Source: Mobula hypostoma
Taxonomy: Eukaryota
Assembly: GCF_963921235.1 (NCBI RefSeq)
Contig: NC_086118.1
Span: 16,742,001-16,806,000, forward strand
Direction: 5' to 3'
DNA: 64,000 nucleotides
The first letter of the stretch is position 1; each line of letters starts with the position of its first letter. The translations under genes and the position numbers were made by a program. Below are positions 42,048 to 55,100 of this stretch, piece after piece. A model generated the notes under the pieces. The model was given only the letters and a program-made list of their open reading frames with translations, made no database searches and was not told the origin of the DNA.

Positions 42048-45000
42048 AATAAACCTTCAATATCTGCTTCTTTAACGCTGATCTGTTGACCTATTTTTGG
42101 ATGCCCTAATGTTTCTGGGTAGCATTTTCTTTCTTTGGAAGTACTCTTGTGAAGTATATGTTAAAGATGCCAAATAATAAAGTCGATAGCTAATTCAGTG
42201 TCCTAGCTAATTTCATACAATGAAATTGATGCAAGAACGTAAAATCCAATTTTCCCTCCAAAGATAATTGCATAGGAGAGAAAATATGATTTAGTTGAAA
42301 AAAATTGAAGCATTTTAAGTATTTATTCAACCATCTCTCTTTTTGTAGATGAAGAGAATACGGGTATGAAATCTCATCTATTAGCATATGTGATTTTATT
42401 TGGTTATGCACGTTCATGAACTTTGGAATATGACTACATTTCAGCCAATTCAAGCACCTCTGGCGGGAGATCAGCATTTCTGCAAAAATAACTAAAAGCA
42501 AAGTACACAATGCCACTTCTTACAGTGTTCTATTGGTTCTATTTCTGATGGTTGAATGCACATTACCTTAGCAACAGCACTCAAATTAACTTTTCTAACT
42601 AGCGCTTAGCTGTCCTGTAGGTGAATGTGATAGAAATCTGGAAGCTAGTTACTTTTCATTATTTGAAGCAAATGTGAATACATTTTGTGCATTATGGCAC
42701 ATCCTGACAGCTCATTTCTGTTTTTTAAAAGACTAAACTTAATCTGATAAGAAGTTGTACATCTTTAAGAAGAAAACATTTCCATGTTCTAAACTGAGAA
42801 ATCACTAAACAAATTTTTAAAATGCCTATCTATGGATGAATAATTTGTGGAGTTTGCATGTTCTCTCTTTGATCATGTGGCTTTCCTGAATGCTCCATTT
42901 TCAGCCTTGATTCTAAAGATGTGTTGGTAAATCAAATAGTTACTGTAAATGACTGCTGATGTGGGCAATGGAAAGTTGATATCTATGTGAACAAGAATAA
43001 GTTACAGGAGCACATGGAAATAAAGTGGGAAGGGTGTGGATGCTGTTGGTGTGATTTCTCTGCTGGGTACTAGTATCCACCTGAAAGGCTGAATGTAGGA
43101 ATAAACTAAATATAGTCATCCTTTTACTTGTCTTTGATCTCTTAAGTTAGGGTATAAGGCAAAGAAGCCTTCAGAAGCTCTGCCACATGACTAAGACACA
43201 TGCAATATTGGATACACTGCTGAAGGTTGAGTACCTGCCTCAGCAAAGACAGCATTAACTTTTCATTTGTTCTCATGCAAAGTAGATGTACAGAAACCAT
43301 CCTCAAAACAGTGAACAGACTACAATGTACAGACTTCTAGCTGGCAGAAACTCACTGTGTCTGTCAAACAGCTTGTTTACACATGCGCATTTACTTACTT
43401 AAAATGGCCATTCAACCCATTAGGTCACTGGGTATTCCCAAAAGATCAAACCCATTGGTTCCTTTCTCCTTTTGCTGATTCTCTTGCACCTCTGCAACAT
43501 ATTCTCTTTCACAGGTCCCAACAACTCCCTTTTTGCTTCCTTATCTACACTAACAGTGACCAATTAATAGTAACCGATAAATCTAGCATCATGCCTTCAG
43601 TAATTACAACATGTGCAATGTCAACTTGCAGATAATCACCATTTGTGGGGCTTGTCTCACCAATAAATCTCAGGTGGAACTCAAACATTCTGAGCTAAGG
43701 GGTCAGACGTAGCCATGTATAAATAGAGAACCTTCCAGTCACCAGAATGTGATCAATGACTTCTATTAAAAAGGGAAGTGGTTAGTCTTCCTAATTTCCC
43801 TACCAACTTAATGTTTTAACTAATTTCTAGTACTGAAGTATATTTTTAAGAAAATTCCTCATTAAAATATACTTATTTTTAATTATTTAAATCCCCTTCA
43901 GCTAATTTTAAATACCTCTAACAGAGATGTTGAAAAACAATTCAAAAGGTCTTTGACAGTACCGAGCAGTATGAGAGCAGATTTTCAGAATCCACTCGCT
44001 TAAGCCAGGTCACAACTCAAGGACGAGTTTAGTGGGCTAGTGAGGCCCTCACTGTGAGTGGATCTGTGTATGGGCAATTAAAAATGTGGCTGCAGGTCAG
44101 ATCAAACACAATCTGGCCTAATATCTTAAAAAAACACTGAACTTGAGTGGGTTAGTCCCTCTGTGAATTTTGGTTGCGGTGTAATAGCACGATCTTCCCA
44201 CTGGAAATATCTATGCAGTCCTGTTCAACTGTGTTTGCACAAAAATTAGTTTTATATTTAATTGGTGCAAGTGGTAAAAAAACCAGTGAAAATTACAATA
44301 ATCTATAAAATATGTTTAGGCATTAATAACAGAACAACTTTTTAATATACTGCTTTTGCTCTTTGTATAATTATAATGTCACTCTTGATTCACAGCAAGA
44401 AATCATTCGTTTGAAATCAGTTCCCTGCTTCCCTGCAGTAAATGGTGACAAAGGAGTATGAGCTTGTTCAGAAGAGAGAGACAACATCTGAATACTTGTG
44501 CACACCACTACAAGCGAACTATGGAATACTGTACTGTAATAAAAACACTTACAGACTCCTCCTGAGGTAATATGTTAATTCTATGCTCACCTGGAAGCTG
44601 CATCAGTAGGAGTTTAAATAAATTCACTTTTCTTGATGGTTCATGATGTGTAAATCTTTGAAGGTCTGAGTAGTATAATAGCCAAGCATAAACTAATCTG
44701 ACTTAATTCACTCAGACTAAGAATTTGTGGCCCTTACCAGAAGATGGAATTAAGTTGCACTATTCAGCATTACAATGATCAAAACAGTAATCATTTTAAA
44801 TCCCCAATGCACACAGAACACAAGAGCAAATTCCTTGAAATATAAATATGTTCAAGACTCTGCCTTTTACATCATAAGCAAAAGCAGATGTGAGAAATGG
44901 CCATGACAGAACAGCAGAAACTATGCTACCTCACCAGTAGTAATAACTTCCCTTGGGGTAATTGCAGCTGAACATTAAACAGCAGCTGACTACACAAGAA

Positions 45001-45479
45001 TTTAGAGCTACCAAGAAAGTCTTTCATGATCAAAGCACGCTTGACAACTTTGTTGATTTAGGTAGAAGATTACCATTATTTTTTTTATCTTGCATATATC
45101 ATTCTCCATCTATTCTGCTGCTTGCAATTCCTCTTGTCAATGCTTACTAACTCTCATGAGGAATGAGTGCAGACAGCTTTCCAACTGCAAGAACATTACA
45201 AGATCACTAATGAACAAAATGTTTTTATTGGGATCTCAAGTGCTAAGTAAAAATGTTGCAACTGATTTTCCCTCAAAGCATTTATTTTCAGTTAATCAAC
45301 CCTGACAATACTTGTCTTGCCACTTCCTGTTCAATATAAATGAACACCTGACTTTCACACTATTATTCCTTACAACTAATATCAAAACACACACCACAGT
45401 GTTAATGGAGAGTTGTTAATGTCAGCCCTACTTTACTCTTGGTATTGATACTTCTCATTCACAGAAATAACCTTTATCA

Positions 45480-48400
45480 GGAAACTAAGAGGGGAACTAA
45501 TATCCTAGCGGGAAGGTTTGTTAATGCTGCACAGTGGGGTTTAAACTAGAGTTGTAGTGGGATGGGAACCAGAGTGCCAGTACAGTTAGGGAAGAGGTTG
45601 TGGAGGCAGATGCTCATAAGACCTCAGACAAAGTTAGGAATGAAAAGGTTGAGCATAGTGCGACTGGTGTCCTGAGCTGCGTACATTTCAGTGCAGGAAG
45701 AATCATAGGAACGACGGATAATAGTGCTGAAGATGAGGTAGCTGGTTTACAAACAGAGGCAACGTGTAGTGAGGAGAGGCTGTTAACAGGGCAAAATTGC
45801 ATTCAACAGAATGGGATGCAACATAGAAGGCGGACAAAATCGAAAAGGGGAAATGAAGAGGGTAAAGGGTAAAGTGAAAGTGATGTACTTGAATGTGTGC
45901 AGGATACAGAATAAGGTAGATGAACTTGCAGCACAGTTGCAGATTGGCAGGTATGATGTTGCAGGCATCACTGAATTATGGCTGAAAGAAGAATATAGCT
46001 GGAAGCTTAATGTCCAAGGATACACTTTGTACTGAAAGGACAGGCAGGAAGTTAGAGGGGGTGGCATTGTTCTTTTGGTAAAAAAAAAATGAAATCAAGT
46101 AATTAGAAAGAGGTGACACAGAGTGGGAAGGTGTTGAATCATTGTGGATAGGGCTAAGGAACTGCAAGGGTAAAAAGACCTCAACGGGAGTTGCATACAG
46201 ACCCCCCCCCCCAAACAGTAGTAAGGATGTGGCTTACAATTTACAACAGAAAATGCATGCCAAAGGGCAATATTATAGTAGTAATGGGGGACTTCAATAC
46301 GTAGGTAAATTGGGAAAATCAGGTTAGTACTGGATTCCAGGATGGGAAATTTCTACAGTGCCTACGAGCAGCTCATGGTTGAGACCACTAAGCTGTTCTG
46401 GATTGGGTGTTGTGCAATGAACTGGAATTGATTAGAGAGCTTAAGGTAAAAGAACTCTTAGGGACAGTGATCATAATATGATCAAATTCATACTGAAATT
46501 TGAGAAGGAGAATTTAAAGTCAGATGTATCAGTATTACAGTGGAGTAAAGGGAATTACAGAGGCATGAGAGAGAAGTTGGCCAGAATTGATTGGAAAAAG
46601 ACAATGGCAGGACAGCGATGGCTGGAATTCCTGTAAGCAATATGGAAGGCATAGGATATATACATCCCAAAGAGGAAGAAGTATTCTAAAGGCAAGATAA
46701 CACAACTGTAGCTGACAGGAGAAGTCAAAGCCAACATAAGAGCCAAAGAAAGGGCATATAATAGTGCAAGAAGTTCGTGGGAAGTTAGAAGATTGGGATG
46801 CTTTTAAAAACCAACAGAAGACAACTAAATACGTCATTAAGAAGGTAAGGATGGAATAGGAAAGTACGCTATCCAATAACATTAAAGAGGATACCAAAAG
46901 TTTCTTCAGACACAAAAAGTGTAAAAGAGAGGCGACAGTGGATATCGAGCCACTGGAAAATGATGCTGGAGAAGTAGTAATGGGGGGGGGGGGATCAAGG
47001 AAATGGCGGATGAACTGAGTAAATATTTTGCATCAGTCTTCACTGTGAACCTTCACTAGCAGTTTGGCAGAAGTTCCAGGTGTCAAGGGTCATGAGGTGT
47101 GTGGAGATACCATTACTAGAAAGAAGGTTCAGGAGAAACTGAAATGACTGAAGGTGGATAAGCTACCTGGACCAGATGATGTACACCCCAGGGTTCTGAA
47201 AGAGGTTGCTACAGAGCTTGGGGAGGGATAAGTAATGACCTTTCAAGAATCACTAGATTCTGGAATGGTTCCAGAAGACTGAAAAATAGAAAAATATTAC
47301 TCCCTCTTCAAAAAGGGAGAGAGGCATAAGGAAATTATAGGCCAGTTAGTCTGACCTCAGTGGTTGAGAAGATGTTGGGAGTCGATTACTAAGGATGAGG
47401 TCTCAGGGTACTTGGAGGCTCATTATAAAATAGGCCATAGTCAGCATGGTTTCCTCAAAGGGAAAATCTTGCCTAACAAATCTGTTGGAATTATCTGAAA
47501 AAATATCAAGCAAGATAGACAAAGGAGAATTGGTTGATGTTGTGTACCTGGATTTTCAGAAGGCCTTTGACAAGCCACACATGAGGCTGCTTAGCAAGCT
47601 GCAAGTCCATGATATAACAGTAAAGATTCTAGCATGGATAAAGCAGTGGCTGATTGGCAGGAGGCAAAGAATGGGGGAAAAGGGAGCCTTTTCTGATTGG
47701 CTGCTGATTACTAGTGGCGTTCCACAGGGGCCTGTGTTGGGACTGATAATTTTTATGTTATATGTCAATGATTTTGATGATGGAATTGATGGCTTTCTTG
47801 CAAAGTTTGCAGACAATATGAAGGTAGGTGGAGGGGCAGGTAGTTTTGAAGAGGTAGAGAGGCTATAGAAGGAGAGACAGATTAGGAGAATGGGCAAAGA
47901 AATGGCAGATGGGCTATAGTGTTGGGACTATATGGTCAGGCACTTTGATAAAAGAAATGAAAGGGTAGACCATTTTCTAAATGGAAAGGAAATACAAAAA
48001 AATGACGTGCAAAGGAACTTCGGAGTTCTTGTGCCTCACGTGGAGTATTGTGAGCAGTTCTGGGCCCCTTATCTTAGAATGGATGTACTGAAAGGGGAGA
48101 GGGTTCAAAGGAGGTTCATGAAAATGATTCCAGGATTGAATGGCTTGTTATATGAAGAGCGCTTGATGGCTCTGGGACATTATTCACCAGAATACAGAAG
48201 AATGAGGAGAGACCTCATTGAAATCAATCAAATGGTGAAAAGTCTTGATAGACTGAATGTGGAGAGGATGTTTCCTATACTAGGAGAGTCTAAGACCAGA
48301 GGACACAGCCTCGGAATAGAGGGGAGTCCTTCTAGAACGGAGATGAGGAGGAATTTCTTGAGCCAGAGAGTGGTGCACCTATGGAATTCTTTGCCACAAG

Positions 48401-48590
48401 CAGCTGTGGATTCCATGTCATTATGCATTTTTGAGGCAGACAGATTCATAACTGATCAGGGCATGAAGTGATACAAGCAGAAGGTAGGAGGTGAGGCTGA
48501 GAGGGAAAATGGATCAGCCATGATGAAATGGCGGAGCAGACTCAATGGGCCAAATGGCCTAATTCTGCTCCTCTGTCTTATGGCCTTATG
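45480..48590 (+). mobile_element. CR1 LINE, near-complete ORF2, disabled (same family as 17520-20285)
   Basis: KVMYLNVCRIQNKVDEL...AGITELWL (APE), SCLTNLLE, YLDFQKAFDK, TSGVPQG, KFADNMK; internal deletion near 48033; same 3' UTR as the 17.5-kb copy. Confidence 0.95.
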
Positions 48591-49489
48591 AAAGGCATGA
48601 GACTTTGGACAAAACACAATACAACAAGAGGCCTGGTAATCATGGGTTCTTTGCTTGGTCACTTCTCAGCCAGGACTATGTTTGGAGATATGTCATCATC
48701 AGCTGAAACTTTTAAACTGTTTTCTTTCGGAATGGTTTAATTCCCTTGAAAATAAAAACTCAAAACAAACAGCACAAGATTCCATTTGACTATCTTTGAA
48801 AACATAGAGGAATTTATGCCTCTCTGGTAGTCAAATTAATTTCACCCTCCTTTAGAACTGTTTTTTTAAACTATTCACAAGTTTATCCAATTCTCCGGAT
48901 CTGCCTCTACCACCTATTCAGGCAATGTATTCCCAGTTCACAACTTTCTGAGGAAGACAACAATCCTCCTGTTGGCTACTAGTGCAGTGATCCCATAAAG
49001 CAAAGCTTTGAAAAGAATTGTATACCTAACAGAATAGTTTATGACCTCAGGACCTAGAAATCACTGTGTACACTCCCAATGTACGAAAATGGTTAACTAT
49101 TTTCACTTTGTTTTTCATTATCATAAAATGGGATTATTCTCATTTAATACATCCGCCAAATCTGTGCACAATATTCCACAAGTTCAGCTCCAAGCCAGCG
49201 CGCTTTGTGCATAAAGGATGAATGAGTATGTATTTTAGATAGCAAAGGTCAACCTTTGGGAAAAAAACCTAGATCAAAGATTAATAATGGTACAAATCAG
49301 TTTTCTCTACTGCTTCTTGATAATGTTTTAATGTTGAAATAGAGAATAGATATCTGATGTTTATAGAATAACTTTAACACTGAAGTCAGAAGGCACTTTG
49401 AGACACACTGAGATTGCACAACAAAGGTTGAGTCACAAAAGATTCAGAGTGGAAATCCAAACCGCTGAAAAATATGTTTTTAGCAGGGC

Positions 49490-49885
49490 TATATTCTGAC
49501 TCTTGTACTCAATGCCCTAACCAATGAAGGCAAGCATGCCAAATTCCTTCTTTACTACTCTGTCTGCTTGTGTCACCACCTTCAGGGAAATAAACACTTG
49601 TACCCCTATTCTACAACAGTTTCTAGAGCTGCACCATTTACTGTGTATGTCCTGCTCCAGCACAGCTTCCAAAACGCATCACTGCTCACTTATCCAATTC
49701 AATCTGCCATTTCTTGGCCCACTTTCTCAGTTATCTAGATCAGAGTTTCCAGTCTGGGATCCACAGCTCCCTTGCTTAAATGGTGTTGGTCCATGGCCTA
49801 CAAATCTAGATCCTGTTGTACTCTTATATAACTTCTTCAACGTCTACTATACCACCATTTTTGGTGTTATCTGCAGACTTACGAA
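49490..49885 (-). mobile_element. Old CR1 fragment containing a hAT MITE (49741-49803)
   Basis: Reverse CR1 signatures (ctcttgtactcaatgccc..aatgaaggcaagcatgcc; ttggtgttatctgcagactt); MITE flanked by 8-bp atctagat at 49733-49740 and 49804-49811. Confidence 0.65.
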
Positions 49886-50748
49886 TCATACTGCTTACTT
49901 ATATGTAATTCATGTGTCTATACATATAAAAATACACATAACGTCCATCTCTAACAAGAGGGAGTCTGCCCATCTCCCCATATTTGAGGCATTATCACAA
50001 TTGAATCTCTCAGCCTTGATATCCAAGGAAGTCTGTCATGATCAGGACTGCAGAGGGGATGCCTGACAACTATTGTGTTAGGTGGTGGTCAGAGGCTGAG
50101 TTTCCTGCAGTGAGTGGCTCAACTCATCTGCTACGCTTGAAGTAACTAATACCAGTGCTGCTCCAACACTCAGACACTTAATTTCACCCAGTCCTTGACT
50201 GCATGTCAGACATCACTTTGAACATAAAATCTCTCTTCCAACTGGGCTACAACCTGCCCCTTTCACACAATACAGTATTACAACACTGCTAGATTTCAGC
50301 AGCAGCACTCCCAAGCTTGAAACATCTACCATTTTTTTAAAAGATTCATTTTCAAATATTGGTTACCGCCATCATGACCAGAATTTATTGTCCACTTTTA
50401 AATGTCTTTGAGCAGATGCTTCTGAGACACTTCCTTGAATTCCTGGAGACCTTCTGGCGAAGGTACTCCCACAGTGCTGGTAATGAAATTCTGGCATTCC
50501 CAATCTAACATGAGTTGAGGGTAACTTCAACATGCGGACTGCTGTGGTTGAAGAAGACAGTCACTGCCCTCTTCTCACATTTAATTACAATGGAGAATAA
50601 ATGCTGGGTTTGTCAATACTATCCATTGTTGTGTATTTAACATTTAAGTAATATTTGAGAATATACATATATATTGGTTGATTACACATACTTGTTCATG
50701 TAAATAATTAATTATGGGTTATATGTATAAATACAGGGACTGCATATA

Positions 50749-52351
50749 CACTGGCATGCAAAAGTTTGGGCATCACTGGTCAAAATTTCTGTTACCTTGA
50801 ATAGTTAAGTGAGTAGAAGATGAACTGATCTCCAAAAGTCATAAAGTTAAAGATGAAACATTCTTTTCAACATTTTAAGCAAGATTAGCGTATTATTTTT
50901 GTTTTGAACAATTTTTGAGTGAAAAAAAGGAAAGGAGCACCATGCAAAAGTTTGGGCACCCCTACAGATTTGAGCTCTCAGATAACTTTTACCAAGGTCT
51001 CAGACCTTAATTAGCTTGTTAGGGCTATGGCTTGTGCACAATCATTGTTAGGAAAGGCCAGGTGATGCAAATTTCAAAGCTTTATAAATACCCTGACTCC
51101 TCAAACCTTGTCTCAACAGTCAGCAGCCATGGGCTCCTCTAATCCGCTGCCTAGCACTCTGAAAATTAAAATAAATGATGCCCACAAAGCAGGAGAAGGT
51201 TATAAGGACATAGCAAAGCGTTTTCAGGTAGCCGTTTCCTCAGTTCGTAATGTATTTAAGAAATGGCAGTTAACAGGAATGGTGGAGGTCGAGCTGAGGT
51301 CTGGAAGACCAAGAAAACTTTCCAAGCGAACTGCTTGTAGGATTGCTAGAAAGGCAAATCAAAACCCCCATCAGGAAGGTTTACCAGACTCTGGAGTGGT
51401 GGTGTACTGTTCTACTGTGCAGCAACACCTGCACAAATATGACCTTCATGGAAGAGTCATCAGAAGAAAACCTTTCCTGCGTCCTCACCACAAAATTCAG
51501 CGTCAGAAGTTTGCAAAGGAACATCCAAACAAGCCTGGTGCATTCTGGAAACAAGTCCTATGGACTGATAAAGTTAAAATAGAACTTTTTGGCCGCAATC
51601 AGCAAAGGTATGTTTGGAGAAAAAAGGGTGCAGAATTTCGTGAAAAGAACTCCTCTCCAACTGTTAAGCACGGGGGTGGATCGATCATGCTTTGGGCTTG
51701 TGTTGCAGCCAGTGGCACGGGGCACATTTCACTGGTAGAGGGAAGAATGAATTCAATTAAATACCAGCAAATTCTGGAAGCAAACATCACACTGTGTGCA
51801 AAAAAAGCTGAAGATGAAAAGAGGATGGCTTCTACAACAGGATAATGATCCTAAACACACCTCAAAATCCACAATGGACTACCTCGAGGTGCAAGCTGAA
51901 GGTTTTGCCATGGCCCTCATAGTCCCCTGACCTAAACATCATTGAAAATCTGTGGATAGACCTCAAAAGAGCAGTGCATGCAACACGGCCAAAGAATCTC
52001 ACTGAACTAGAAGCCTTTTGCAAGGAAGAATGGGCGAAAATCCCCAAAACAAGAATTGAAAGACTCTTAGCTGGCTACAGAAAGCATTTGCAAGCTGTGA
52101 TACTTGCCAAACGGGGTGTTACTATGTACTGACCATGCAGAGTGCCCAAACTTTTGCTTTGGGCCCTTTTCCTTTTTTGTTATTTTGAAACTGTAAAAGA
52201 TGGAATTAAAAAAGTAATCTTGCTTAAAATATTAAAGAAGTGTGTCACCTTTAACTTTATGCCTTTTGGAAATCAGGTCATCTTTTACTCACTTAGCTAT
52301 TTACAGTAACAGAAATTTTGACTGGGGTGCCCAAACTTCTGCATGCCACTG
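50749..52351 (+). mobile_element. Tc1 (IR/DR type) DNA transposon inserted in the 5' LTR of element A
   Basis: ~210-bp inverted repeats with inner direct repeats (catgcaaaagtttgggca at ~50755 and ~50941; mirrored at ~52143 and ~52328); TA on both sides (50747-48, 52352-53). Confidence 0.95.
51129..52132 (+). pseudogene. Tc1 DD34E transposase, frameshifted
   Basis: SGRPRK, WKQVLWTDK, KHGGGSIMLWAC, QQDNDPKHTSK, SPDLNIIENLW; frameshift at the A-run near 51800 and an in-frame stop later. Confidence 0.92.
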
Positions 52352-53540
52352 TATCATCATGCTACCATGTGATACGTGCGTGCCTCGCTTAAACTAACAT
52401 AAAGTTAGACTGGCATTCCCGAACTCCCGAGTCTTCTTTGGAATTAGTTTAATATTTTGAAGTCACAAAACATAGCATTAGCAATGAGCTATTTTTAAAA
52501 TGAACCTTTGTATTTAGAACCCAAGCCATCGTTGACTGCAGAACCCTTTAGTTTTCATAACTGAATCAAAATAAAGCGGACTCCATTTCAGCATACGTGA
52601 CTGAGCTGAAGAGACTGGCTGCACATCATCAGTTCAGTAATGAGTTCAATGATACACTAAGAGACCATTTAGTTTGTGGAATCTTACAAGAAAGCAATCA
52701 AAAATGGCTCCTCACTGAAGCACAGCTTACATTTAAAAGAGCAGTTGAAATCACTGTTCCAATAGAAAGCCCAGAGACACAACTGAGTTGCAGTCAGGAA
52801 TCAAAGTGAGTGTGAACAAAATTGCAGCAGCCTGCCTCGGCAAACACATTGTGTTACCATTGTGGCACGTGCTCACATAGACCAGACCAATGCAGGTTTA
52901 AAGGCAAAATTTGTAGATGAGGCAACAAAGTAGGAGAAATACAAAAAGCATATTGGGCAGACATAAAAAAATGGACTCCACAGAGAAATGAAAATGCTAA
53001 AAAGTCAAATTGCAGTTTCAAAAAGAACACTAATCTGCAAGCTGTTGATGAAAAATCTAATAATGTTGAGATGGACACATGACTATGTAACCTTGAGATT
53101 TACAATGTGAAAACTAACAATAGACAAGCAATATGGCTTACGCCAGAAGTGAATGGTAAATTCACACTGGTTCAGCTGTTTCAGTCATTCCACAAAATGA
53201 GTTTGAATGGCATTTCAAAGATACTGAACTGAAACCTGCAGACATCCGAATAAGAACTTATACTGAAGAACAAAATAACTGAAGTGGGAATGACATTTGT
53301 AACAGTGAAATACAAGTCAAACTGGGCTTGTATGTAGTAAAAACAGGAGGACCAGCATTGTGGAGATGTGATGGGCTGAGACAACTACAACTTCATTGGA
53401 GATCCATCTACTGGATGGATTTGTGTATGCCACAAATCCAGCATTGAAGTCAACTGAAAGTGAATTAAACTGTTAATGAATGATGCCACAACTGTCTCCA
53501 TGCTGTAAACATGAACAATTGCCTAACAGAGGACAAACAA

Positions 53541-54090
53541 ATGCCAACCTCTGTCCCTCTGGTTGGAAAGCACATCGGACCAAGGAAAGGACCATGCTGC
53601 TCAGAGGAAGCGTGAAAGCGACGAAAGCAGTGGTCCGACTATAACGGTTTTTGTAGGCAATATATCTGAGAAAGCTTATGTTAGTCAGGAATTTACTTGC
53701 GAAATGTGGCTTGGTTTTAAGCTGGAAGAGAGTTCCAGGAGCTTGAAGCAAGTTGCAAGCATTTGGCTTCTGTGAGTATAAAGAGCCAGAATCTATTCTG
53801 CGTACATTAAGGTTATTGCATGAACTTCAGGTGGGAGACAAAAACCTGCTTGAAAATGTAGGTGCAAAGACCAAAGCCAAGCTGGATGAACGGAAGGCCA
53901 AAAAGAAAGGAGTCGATGTAGATACAAAAACAGAAGATTCACCAGATTATCCTGTGGATGAGGACACCAAGAGGAGAGATCAGATTGTAAAGGCAGCAAT
54001 AAGAGAATTAGTCAGCAAATACTCCAGTGAATGAAACACACCTTCCCAAGATCAAGATGTACAAACTAGAAGAATAAACAGGAGGAAGAA
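53541..54090 (+). pseudogene. RBM25: Processed fragment of splicing factor RBM25 (RRM region) inside LTR element A
   Basis: VGKHIGPRK.DH..GPTITVFVGNISEKA / MLVRNLLAKCGLVLSWKRV / LQAFGFCEYKEPESILRTLRLLHELQVGDK..AKTKAKLDE.KAKKK..DEDTKRRDQ..YSSE matches RBM25 (GPTTTVFVGNISEKASDMLIRQLLAKCGLVLSWKRVQGASGKLQAFGFCEYKEPESTLRALRLLHDLQ, recalled); contiguous, with frameshifts and stops. Confidence 0.93.
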
Positions 54091-54639
54091 GAAGAAAGGT
54101 GACTACTGCTATCTGAACCACCTCCTACAATCTCAGAGTCAACTCCTACAACCACCATGGAGGAGGCCCCAGAACCAGAGATTGTTTCATAGACATAAAT
54201 CTTACCTGACAAGCAGAGTGATTCCCCCTTGTCAGGAAAGGTGATATCTCCCATAAGAGTAAGAAATCCTCCACAGCGATTATATCTTTAGGCCTGAACG
54301 GGATAATTTAAAATGTACTGTGCTGTAGATGTCTGTATATAGTAACACACTGTGTATGTGGTTCAGATGCATTCTCTATTGTGTTGGAGTTCATTACTAA
54401 GCAGATGTTCAAATAATTCATGACATGTTATATGGATAAATACGTGAACTGCATAAGTCATGACCATACCACATCATACATATGCGCCTCACTTAAAGTA
54501 AAAACGAAGTTAGACCCACATTCCTGGACTCCCGTGTCTTCCTTTGAATTAGTTTAATGTTTTGAAATTACAAAACGTAACACCCATAAACCATGCTTGA
54601 GAAAAAAGTACACAGTATGAACTCATCCTCAGGGTGGCA

Positions 54640-55100
54640 TTCAGGTTCAGTGCTGCCCACCAGTACTGTTAGTATGCACATTCTCTCTGTGATCACGTGG
54701 GTTTCCTCTTACCTTCCAATGATGTGTGGGTTGTTGGGTTAATTATAAACACAAGAGAGTCTGAAGATGCTGAAATCCAGAGTAACACACACTAAACACT
54801 GGGGGAGCTCAGCAGGTCAGGCAGCATCTATGGAAATCATTGGAAATGAAAATGAAGAGAACGTTGACCTTTCATTGATGCCTCCTGACCAGCTGAGTTC
54901 CTCCAGTGTTTTGTGTATGTTGGTCAGTTAATTGACTGCTAATTGCACTCGGTGTGTAGATGAGGATAGAATCTGGCAGTAACTGATGCTAACGTGAGGG
55001 TAATAAAATGGATTAGGGCAGGTTTAGTGTGCAAAAATGTGTATTTGTTGGTCAGTGTGGACTCATTGGGGGGAAAGTCCTGTATTGGTATGATATATCT
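54640..55100 (+). mobile_element. V-SINE-like element interrupted by a Penelope-derived hairpin (~54748-54922)
   Basis: cacattctctctgtgatcacgtgggtttcct...; the insert has inverted arms ggagctcagcaggtcaggcagcatc / gatgcctcctgaccagctgagttcctcc and is flanked by gttaatt. Confidence 0.6.

Larger units (their letters stand above)
50627..54582 (+). mobile_element. Gypsy-type LTR retrotransposon A, non-autonomous (gag remnant + protease + captured RBM25; no RT/RH/IN)
   Basis: 5' LTR TGTTG 50627 to ...CA 52477 (split by Tc1). 3' LTR ~54406-54582 (5' part deleted). Flanks tccat/cccat. Decayed PBS tagcaatgag (~TGGCGACGAG, tRNA-Ser-like). Gag YVTELKRLA..LRDHLVCGI, CYHCG Zn knuckle; protease remnant IWLTPEVNGK..TGSAVSVIP; pol C-terminal tail RVRNPPQRL at ~54255-54291. 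Confidence 0.9.

Noticed and set aside
42100..45450. Repeat-poor AT-rich stretch as host exons or conserved enhancer (also ~55100-57050)
   Set aside because: No recognisable coding or RNA motif; conservation cannot be judged without alignments.
51108..51845. Active Tc1 transposase
   Set aside because: Frameshift before the second catalytic Asp, a later stop, and a mutated left terminus (CACTG instead of CAGTG).
53541..54090. Functional RBM25 gene
   Set aside because: Partial, frameshifted, contains stops, has no splice structure and lies inside an LTR element.
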